From positions 124,001 through 188,000 of IMG/VR virus record IMGVR_UViG_3300043425_001539: a DNA stretch of 64,000 nucleotides, one strand, 5' to 3'. Of this stretch, positions 57,335 to 64,000 are shown in pieces (position 1 is the stretch's first letter; the number at the start of each line of letters is the position of its first letter). The notes under the pieces are model-generated. The model saw only the letters and a program-made list of their open reading frames with translations, had not been told where the DNA came from and made no database searches. The translations under genes and the position numbers were made by a program.

Positions 57335-57949
57335 TTAATTATAAATTTTTGATTTATCAACAACTGTTGAAATTTGCCAATCCGATATATCTCCATTAAA
57401 CTTTGAGTTCTTAAATATACCATTCATAGTCAAAACTCTTCCAACATCCCACTTGCTAACATCGCCATTAAACTTTGAATCCGCAAACAGCAATCTCATA
57501 TCTTCAACATTTTTAGTATTCCATTTACTAACATCGCCATTAAACTCAGATCCTTCAAACATACTCTGCATATTTGCAACATTGCTTACATCCCATTTGC
57601 TAATGTCGCCATTAAACTTGGATCCTTCAAACATGCTTTTCATATTAGCAACATTGCCTACATTCCACTTGCTAATGTCACCATTAAATTTCGAGAATGC
57701 AAACATGCCTTTCATATTGGCTACCTTTCCCACATTCCACTTGCTAATGTCACCATTAAAAGGTGAGTACATAAACAAGTCAGACATATCAGTTATTTTG
57801 GATACATCTATGTGATTCAAATCAGCATTTGGTCCTTGCTCTGCTATTTCGGTTTTAACCAATTTTAAAAGCTCGGTTCGATTTGCAGGAACAACAGTTT
57901 CTTGTGTTGCTTCATTTATAAACTGTTCAAATGTTTTAACTGTTTTCAT
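57335..57949 (-). CDS. BspA-type / DUF285 LRR protein with N-terminal tag (fifth paralogue)
   Basis: FNGDISKWNV 24-aa repeats; N-terminus MKTVKTFEQFINEA. Confidence 0.85.
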   Translation of the reverse strand: MKTVKTFEQFINEATQETVVPANRTELLKLVKTEIAEQGPNADLNHIDVSKITDMSDLFMYSPFNGDISKWNVGKVANMKGMFAFSKFNGDISKWNVGNVANMKSMFEGSKFNGDISKWDVSNVANMQSMFEGSEFNGDVSKWNTKNVEDMRLLFADSKFNGDVSKWDVGRVLTMNGIFKNSKFNGDISDWQISTVVDKSKIYN

Positions 57950-57952
57950 TGG

Positions 57953-58315
57953 TTATTTATATTTTAAATTTGAAATTTCGTCAATTAAACCTCCTAAGTT
58001 ATAGTCGCTTTGTCTTGAACCGCTAAAAAAATGATCTTGAATTTTTTTATTAGTCGCGGAAGAATATATGTTTTTGTCCCAATCAATTCGGTCTATTGTC
58101 ATATAATATCCCACATCTTCACCGCTGCTAAATCCTTTTGCTGTATATTTTTTATTTGAATTAGGCCTATCATCTGTGATAGCATAAGTTACTTTCAAGT
58201 CAAGATTAAGTGGAACAGAAATACCATCAATTGTGTAATTATCCAATTTAATATTTATGGTATTTAATTCTTCACTTTCATTTAAAAAAGTTTCAAACGT
58301 TTTAATTTTTTTCAT
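57953..58315 (-). CDS. Hypothetical tagged protein
   Basis: N-terminus MKKIKTFETFLNES. Confidence 0.65.
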   Translation of the reverse strand: MKKIKTFETFLNESEELNTINIKLDNYTIDGISVPLNLDLKVTYAITDDRPNSNKKYTAKGFSSGEDVGYYMTIDRIDWDKNIYSSATNKKIQDHFFSGSRQSDYNLGGLIDEISNLKYK

Positions 58316-58389
58316 GTCTTTTTTATTTTTCTTTTAAACCTTGCAGTATTTATATTCAAATTCTGCAAATAGTTTTAATAATTGCAATT

Positions 58390-58629
58390 TTATTTTTGTA
58401 AAGTTAGCACTTTAACAACATTCATTTGCGCATTTAATACTTCGCCAATTGCGTGTTGGTAAAAGTCAAACGGCTGTCTTTCTTGATCTTTTGCATTATT
58501 TCTTGCTTCATTTAACAGATCAATAAGTTCAGCACAAAGTTGCTTTGCTCTTGCCACTTTGTCATCACCTGATGGATTAAAATTTATGCCAACTATGTTT
58601 TGTCCTAATGTTTTTTCTTTGTTTTCCAT
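58390..58629 (-). CDS. Acb2/Tad1-like helical-hairpin protein (candidate cyclic-nucleotide sponge)
   Basis: LG...VGINFNPSGDDKVARAKQLCAELIDL...AQMNVVK pattern. Confidence 0.5.
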   Translation of the reverse strand: MENKEKTLGQNIVGINFNPSGDDKVARAKQLCAELIDLLNEARNNAKDQERQPFDFYQHAIGEVLNAQMNVVKVLTLQK

Positions 58630-58631
58630 GT

Positions 58632-59009
58632 TTAATCTTTATTTCCGATAAAATAACTGATAGATGCTGTTGATACCAAAGTATAGGCAACTAAGTTATC
58701 AGTTACAACTTCGCCACCTACAGGTAAAAATGCAACATCACCAGGAGAAAGTTTAACAAACGGATCTCCGGTTGTACCAAATCCAACAAACACAGGAACC
58801 GCGTTTGATGTTGGAGTTGAAAAATAGCAATATGCTGATGAACCGTCAATATCATGAACATTTAATAATTGAGCATCGGTACCAACAGTAACAGTGCTAA
58901 AAGATGAATAATCTCCATTGATTGGGTTATTATTAATTACGGTAAAAGAAACGGGAGATGGGAATAAATCCGTTGACTCCAATTTGATTGTACTTTTGAG
59001 TGTAGACAT
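58632..59009 (-). CDS. Beta-rich hypothetical protein
   Basis: KLSPGDVAFLP; 125 aa. Confidence 0.55.
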   Translation of the reverse strand: MSTLKSTIKLESTDLFPSPVSFTVINNNPINGDYSSFSTVTVGTDAQLLNVHDIDGSSAYCYFSTPTSNAVPVFVGFGTTGDPFVKLSPGDVAFLPVGGEVVTDNLVAYTLVSTASISYFIGNKD

Positions 59010-59066
59010 TTTATTTTGGTATTTTTTTATTCTTTAGTATATATTCATGTCTTTGAACACTTAAAA

Positions 59067-59480
59067 TTAAGAATTTTTAAGTACAATTTTTTCCGCAATA
59101 ACAACAGCTTCTTCAATAGTAATAGACGGTAAATCTTTTATTACACCAAATGCGGTATAAACCAATTCATTTTCAAGATTTTGCCTTTTGGCATTTCTTA
59201 ATCCTTCTTTAATCCTTTGTAAATGTAATTCTTTTGTATCATGTTCATACTGTATCTTAAAAGGACCAGTAAGTGTAACAATTTCCTCTAAATCATCTTG
59301 TGCATCTTTAATTATAAAATATGTATTTGAGTCAAGAGATACACGCAGAGGGTCATCTACATCATTGATATTGTTGGAAAATTTAACGGGAGGCGTAGAT
59401 AAGTTGCCTAATTCCAATTCTTTAACCCATTTAAAAAAAGTATCAAAATCTTTTTGATTAATATAAATAGTCACTTTCAT
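59067..59480 (-). CDS. Hypothetical protein
   Basis: 137-aa ORF. Confidence 0.55.
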   Translation of the reverse strand: MKVTIYINQKDFDTFFKWVKELELGNLSTPPVKFSNNINDVDDPLRVSLDSNTYFIIKDAQDDLEEIVTLTGPFKIQYEHDTKELHLQRIKEGLRNAKRQNLENELVYTAFGVIKDLPSITIEEAVVIAEKIVLKNS

Positions 59481-59488
59481 AGATTAAT

Positions 59489-59519
59489 AAAAAATGAGGG
59501 TTAAGTATATTAACCCTCA
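59489..59519 (-). terminator. Intrinsic terminator
   Basis: tgagggttaa-gtata-ttaaccctca hairpin with a U-tract on the minus strand. Confidence 0.75.
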
Positions 59520-59528
59520 ATGAAAAAA

Positions 59529-59708
59529 TTATTCTTCAGGCTTTTTAGAATTTTGTATTTCTATTCGCAAATCTTGAGCAAGAACTTTTAAATCCTGCAT
59601 ATACTTACGTGCCCGTGTGCCTGCTGCTTTGTTTCCTGACGCATAAAACTTTTCAATGTCGGATTTTGCCGCAGTAACTACTTCTAAAATTTGATTGTAA
59701 ATTTCCAT
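59529..59708 (-). CDS. Histone H1-like Hc1 family protein
   Basis: GNKAAGTRARKYMQDLKVLAQDLR; start reassigned to MEIYNQ; GATATATA at 59733-59740. Confidence 0.8.
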   Translation of the reverse strand: MEIYNQILEVVTAAKSDIEKFYASGNKAAGTRARKYMQDLKVLAQDLRIEIQNSKKPEE

Positions 59709-59742
59709 AAATCTGTTTAATTGTTTAAAAATTATATATCTC

Positions 59743-60813
59743 TTATAATCCGTACCTGGATTTAGTGCTATTAAATTCTTGTAAAATTGAAGATGTGTCA
59801 AGATTACTTGTCCAAATTTTAAAGGCACCCATATACGCATTCATATAGTAAGAATTTCCTCCTATTGCTCCAATCCACCAGTTTGGGTTATTAACACCTA
59901 TATTTGCTACAGGTGTTCCTCCACCCGTAGTTGCAATTTCAACTCCATTTTTATAAAATTTAATTGTTTGATTGGTCCTGTTAAATACATAAGTTATCAT
60001 TTGCCATGTATTTTCAGTTACGGTATCATTTGCTGTAAATTGTGTTCCGCCAGCCAAACCATTCCCAGCTTCAAAATTAAGATTTCTGTTTTGTGTTTGC
60101 CACCCATTCCATGATGCTTTAAAACCGTTTGTGTTGGTGTTTGCTGCAGCATTTGACATCAAGCAATTAATGCTAAACTCTGACCTTGGATATACCCACC
60201 CATTAATTGTTATAGTATTTCCAAAATTATATTGACCAAATGATATTTTATCCGCGCCTCCATCAAAATCAAAAACGCCGCTTGCAATTCCTGCATTATA
60301 AGCTGCGCCTGATATAGTACCGACGGCTCCTGTTACATTTCCTAAAGAACCTATATTATTTAAAACGGTGCCTGATCCTGAATATGAAGAAGAAATTCCT
60401 GCATCATAATAAAATTGTGCAGTAATTCCTACAGTAGGTGACCAAGATGTCCAAAAATTGTTTAATGTCATCCAATCTTTTGCGTCACTTGCAGACGCAA
60501 AGGGGCCTGTGCCTGATACTTCGCGAGATAACACATTTGCTAATCCCAAAAAAGAATTATCGGTTTTTTCTACAGATCTCCAAAATTGAACATTACCATC
60601 GTTACTTCCATCAGCTGTAGGAAAATTTGCGCCTGTGACAGCCAAAGCAACTATATATCCCAAATCTTCATCAGGACCAGCAAACCACTTAATACCTCCT
60701 GGATTTTTTGAATAATCCACGGTATTATTGCCAATCGCTAAATTTCCTGATTGCGTTGCACCTGTAATTGCAGACATTGAAGGATTATATGAAAAAGGTC
60801 TAACTGTTGCCAT
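59743..60813 (-). CDS. LamG/concanavalin-like domain virion protein
   Basis: YYDAGISSSYSGSGT, FDFDG, TITINGWVY, WQMITYV and FYKNG motifs. Confidence 0.75.
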   Translation of the reverse strand: MATVRPFSYNPSMSAITGATQSGNLAIGNNTVDYSKNPGGIKWFAGPDEDLGYIVALAVTGANFPTADGSNDGNVQFWRSVEKTDNSFLGLANVLSREVSGTGPFASASDAKDWMTLNNFWTSWSPTVGITAQFYYDAGISSSYSGSGTVLNNIGSLGNVTGAVGTISGAAYNAGIASGVFDFDGGADKISFGQYNFGNTITINGWVYPRSEFSINCLMSNAAANTNTNGFKASWNGWQTQNRNLNFEAGNGLAGGTQFTANDTVTENTWQMITYVFNRTNQTIKFYKNGVEIATTGGGTPVANIGVNNPNWWIGAIGGNSYYMNAYMGAFKIWTSNLDTSSILQEFNSTKSRYGL

Positions 60814-60819
60814 ACAATA

Positions 60820-61302
60820 TTATCTTGTTAATGATGTATTTGTTAAATTTAATTCTCCTTTCATACCCACGTCGCGAGATTTCCAGTAATCTTTACCGTA
60901 TGATATGAATATTTCTTCTCCTGCTTTAATAATTCTTGAAGCTCTGAAAACAATTCTTTCCTTGTTTTCATCGTAATGCCATCTAGCGTTAGGCTGGTTT
61001 CTGTGATTATATAATGATCCGTTTCCTAGTGCTAGTGCATACTTGTTATCTTCAAGTTTAAACGCATAATCAATTAGTGAAGTATTAACAATTTCTTCTT
61101 TGGCAACAATTAAAACTGGGCATTCTTCAATTACTTCATTATCGGTAATTGGTTCAATAGCCCAAATACCTAATCCATCTACTTGTGAATTACCAACGGC
61201 TACTTTATCCCATTTTTTTACGGTTGGTGTTTTTCTTAAAAGTCCACCTCCATGTACAAAAATATCAGACTCTAATATTTCTTCAAAAGATTTAAAATCC
61301 AT
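60820..61302 (-). CDS. SET-domain protein-lysine methyltransferase
   Basis: GLGIWA, SLYNHRNQPNA and IKAGEEIFISYG..YW; likely start MDFKSFEEILES. Confidence 0.85.
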   Translation of the reverse strand: MDFKSFEEILESDIFVHGGGLLRKTPTVKKWDKVAVGNSQVDGLGIWAIEPITDNEVIEECPVLIVAKEEIVNTSLIDYAFKLEDNKYALALGNGSLYNHRNQPNARWHYDENKERIVFRASRIIKAGEEIFISYGKDYWKSRDVGMKGELNLTNTSLTR

Positions 61303-61312
61303 TTTATCTGAT

Positions 61313-63145
61313 TTATTTTTTAAATGCCATATATTCCTCAAATTTCATAAATCTTTTTGGAACATTTTTATTTTCCTTTTTAATATCATCTTCATCATCT
61401 TTCTTTTCTTCCTCAGGCGCTTTTTCGTCATCTTTCTTTTCCTCCTCAGGTTTCTTTTCCTCAGGCGCTTTTTCGTCATCTTTCTTTTCCTCCTCGGGTT
61501 TCTTTTTATCTTCTTTATCTTCCTCGGGTTTTTTAACATCTGAAGTTTTTTCCTCAGGCTCTTTTTCTTCGCCACCTAAATCTTTCAATTCTTGTATTGC
61601 ATTTGTGATAGCTTCAGTGTCTTTTTCAGGCTCCAATTTAGGAAATTCTTTAAATGCTTTTGCTTCGTCGGGCATTTCTTCATCCTCGCTTTCTATTCCT
61701 TTGTTAACCAATTCAACCATACGGTTGCGCAAATTAATTTGGTTTATCTTTGCTTGTTTAATTTTTTGTAAATCAGTGATTCCTTCGGTTGCAATTTTCT
61801 TTTTATCTTCGCCATCATAAGAATTAATACTTTTAAGTATAACACTTTTGATAGTACCTAAAGGGTCTTTTGATTCAGTTTCTTCGATAATTAAATTAAT
61901 TGCCTCACTTAATTTAAAATTAATCATTCTGAATGAAGCAAAAGAAATTGATTCACTCATATTTTTTAATTCTTCTTTATAACCGTCAACCGTTTGTTTT
62001 GCTTTTTCTAAAGCATCACTAATTAATTTAGCTTTTTCTTCGTCGCCTGCTTCTTCAGCAGATTTTAACTCTTCTTCAGCTTTTTTAATTTTTTCTTCAG
62101 CTGACTCAATTCTATCTTTAAGTTCTTTGGTTTTTGAATCTTCAGTTTTTTCATCAGAAGATTTGTCAGATGTTTTATTTTGCTTGTCTTGAATAGCTTT
62201 TTCTATATCGACCCACTTTTTGTAAACTTCATTTGCTTTATTTGTGTACTCTGTGTATGCATCTTGCCATTGAGTAATTCCATACTTATTTAGAGATTCA
62301 ATTTGTTTATTTGCTTTTTCAAATTGTTCATCAACATTTTCATCAACATTTTCATCATCTTTAACATCAGACAGCTTATTTTTTAATTCTTCAGATGTTT
62401 TTTTATCTCCCGTATCAGTTGCTATTTGAATTGCTTCTTCAAGAACCTCAATGTCAGCATTTCTTTTTGCTTCAGCAAATTCAAGATCCCATTTTTTCTT
62501 AAATGAACTTCCCAATATGTTGGATTGAAGTTCAATAAATTTTTCTTGTTTTTTTTCTATTTTTTCTTTTTCGGTTGTGTAATTATTTTCTGCCTTTTTC
62601 CACGCAACCTCTTTCATGTTTTCAGCTTTTTCCAATTCCTTTTTAGCATTTTCGGTATTACCTTTTGCCGCTGCTAATTTTTGATCTCGCTGTTTTCTTA
62701 ACTGCTCTTGTTTTGCTGAGTTCCCTTCAGCTCGTTTAATCATTTCACGGTACTCGTCTTCAATTTGTGTTACAGCTGATTTATCTTCATCATCAGACGA
62801 TGATTTGGTTTTTGCTTTAAGCGGCTCAATAACTTCAGTTTTATATTTATGATCAAATACATATTTTGATCTATCAGCGCTGGAATTTTTATAAGCTTCA
62901 ATATATGGTTTTAATGAACTTTTTAATGACGTATAAATTGTTCTATTATACACAGACTTTGCAGCCAATAAAGCAATGGATAACGTTCCTGCTGCTACTA
63001 CATTTGCAACCGATTCCAATTCATTTCCTCCACCCCACGAAAATGGACCAATATCTAATCGAGTTGCCTCATCACCTGAAAATTCATAAAGATGTTCATT
63101 GCTTTCAACAACAGTCTTTCTTTCAAGATAATCTTTAAACTTCAT
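61313..63145 (-). CDS. Acidic coiled-coil protein, probable prohead core/internal protein
   Basis: E/K-rich coiled coil right after the capsid gene; MKFKDYLE N-terminus; GATATATA at 63171-63178. Confidence 0.55.
   Translation of the reverse strand: MKFKDYLERKTVVESNEHLYEFSGDEATRLDIGPFSWGGGNELESVANVVAAGTLSIALLAAKSVYNRTIYTSLKSSLKPYIEAYKNSSADRSKYVFDHKYKTEVIEPLKAKTKSSSDDEDKSAVTQIEDEYREMIKRAEGNSAKQEQLRKQRDQKLAAAKGNTENAKKELEKAENMKEVAWKKAENNYTTEKEKIEKKQEKFIELQSNILGSSFKKKWDLEFAEAKRNADIEVLEEAIQIATDTGDKKTSEELKNKLSDVKDDENVDENVDEQFEKANKQIESLNKYGITQWQDAYTEYTNKANEVYKKWVDIEKAIQDKQNKTSDKSSDEKTEDSKTKELKDRIESAEEKIKKAEEELKSAEEAGDEEKAKLISDALEKAKQTVDGYKEELKNMSESISFASFRMINFKLSEAINLIIEETESKDPLGTIKSVILKSINSYDGEDKKKIATEGITDLQKIKQAKINQINLRNRMVELVNKGIESEDEEMPDEAKAFKEFPKLEPEKDTEAITNAIQELKDLGGEEKEPEEKTSDVKKPEEDKEDKKKPEEEKKDDEKAPEEKKPEEEKKDDEKAPEEEKKDDEDDIKKENKNVPKRFMKFEEYMAFKK
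61409..61495. repeat. 48-bp-period coding tandem repeat (KKPEEEKKDDEKAPEE)
   Basis: ttcctcaggcgctttttcgtcatctttcttttcctcctc occurs at 61409 and 61457. Confidence 0.85.
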
Positions 63146-63275
63146 AAACTAAAAAGATTTTTTGTTTATCTATATATCTTTATAGTTAATGAGAATAATG
63201 TTCTTAGAATCTTTTTTTCTTTAGGACCAATATGCATATTTGTTTTATACACATTTTAAAAAAAGTTTTATAAGT

Positions 63276-63306
63276 AAAAAAAGAGGGTGGCCATTGGCCA
63301 CCCTCT
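63276..63306 (-). terminator. Intrinsic terminator after the major capsid gene
   Basis: agagggtggcca-t-tggccaccctct hairpin with a U-tract. Confidence 0.85.
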
Positions 63307-63327
63307 AAGCGTATCTTCTTATAATGC

Positions 63328-64000
63328 TTAAGCAATAGTTGAAGAAGTAGATACTTGATCCCAGAAAGTACCGTTAAGATCTTTCAAGTTAATCAAGAAT
63401 GTGAAGTATTGCGTTTGTGGGTGGAAACCAGCCTCAACAAGTGCATAACGAGATTTAACAGCAATTTTTGGTGCCATTGTACCTTCTGCAATTGTTTGGA
63501 TAGATTCAGCCATCAAGTATGGCATGAACTTAAGACCTGGCTCTTCATCAGCGCCTTTTCTACCAACAAGAATACGAGTATCTTCGTACTTCATATTTGG
63601 ATCAACATAAATCGTCATACCAGCGATCGTTCCCAATGGGTAAAGAGCGCCGTTATTTTGATTTACTGTGTTAGCCAATGGGTAGAAAGTAAACTGTGCA
63701 GAATCCTGAAGTGCTGTTGCAATTTGCAAGTTAGTCACTACAAAGTTACCTGGTCCACGACGGCCGCGTTGTGCAACAACGTTTGCCGCAGCAAGAACTT
63801 TGGATTGGATTCTTCTTTGGAAAGTACCTTGGTTTTCAAAAGTAGTTGCAGAAGAAGTTCCGTATACTTGAACATCTGGGCAAGGAATTGAAACCAATGA
63901 GTTTTCTTTACCAATGAAACGAGCATTACCAGTTGATGTTTGGTCAACAAGGGTAAGGTTAAGGTTAACACCGTCTACATTGTAGAAATCATAGTGGTTC
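63328..64000 (-). CDS. gp23: Major capsid protein (T4 gp23-like), 3' part; runs off the right edge
   Basis: RGRRGPGNFVVTN, GTIAGMTIYVDP and FMPYLM...MAPKIAVKSRYA; the frame stays open to the window end. Confidence 0.85.
   Translation of the reverse strand, partial: NHYDFYNVDGVNLNLTLVDQTSTGNARFIGKENSLVSIPCPDVQVYGTSSATTFENQGTFQRRIQSKVLAAANVVAQRGRRGPGNFVVTNLQIATALQDSAQFTFYPLANTVNQNNGALYPLGTIAGMTIYVDPNMKYEDTRILVGRKGADEEPGLKFMPYLMAESIQTIAEGTMAPKIAVKSRYALVEAGFHPQTQYFTFLINLKDLNGTFWDQVSTSSTIA

Noticed and set aside
50600-57800. Regular 72-bp DNA repeats resembling a CRISPR array
   Set aside because: They are in-frame 24-aa LRR coding repeats with degenerate third positions and no unique spacers; no cas genes are present.
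978-63891. Numerous short plus-strand and alternate-frame ORFs (e.g. 978, 3032, 17201, 23538, 27163, 57453, 61100, 61345, 63355)
   Set aside because: Shadow ORFs lying within well-supported minus-strand genes.
1-64000. Stop-codon reassignment as in some jumbo phages
   Set aside because: Genes are full length and densely packed under code 11; TAA, TAG and TGA all end genes; no suppressor tRNA was seen.

Overview
AT-rich, gene-dense, almost entirely minus-strand segment of a large T4-like (myovirus) jumbo phage genome using the standard code. A Bacteroidota host is likely, judged from the DUF4494-like and Hc1-like genes and the AT-rich, SD-less start contexts. Left to right it contains: a partial amidoligase, a phage ribosomal protein S1 homologue and a baseplate module; a divergent plus-strand ATP-grasp/CapA trio; small accessory genes; a ~30 kb glycan and nucleotide-modification region, including a dCMP-type thymidylate synthase homologue, dNMP kinase, a degenerate C5-MTase, two GT-B enzymes, a heptosyltransferase and split HldE; a Ro60/TROVE locus with three covarying Y-RNA-like elements and seven tRNAs plus one anticodon-less tRNA-like RNA; five BspA/DUF285 LRR paralogues; an Acb2-like gene, Hc1-like and SET-domain genes; and the 3' end of the major capsid gene. 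The most striking unannotated system is at 45.5-50.3 kb. There, a 39-codon leader peptide rich in Lys, Gln, Thr and Pro overlaps an antiterminator that is mutually exclusive with an intrinsic terminator gating tRNA-Pro, Thr, Lys, Gln and Trp plus a small ArfA-like ORF. This looks like a translation-stress-sensing attenuator embedded in a Ro60/Y-RNA locus. A second theme is ~16 unrelated proteins carrying an N-terminal tag resembling the T4 capsid-targeting sequence. All calls come from manual motif reading; no searches were run.
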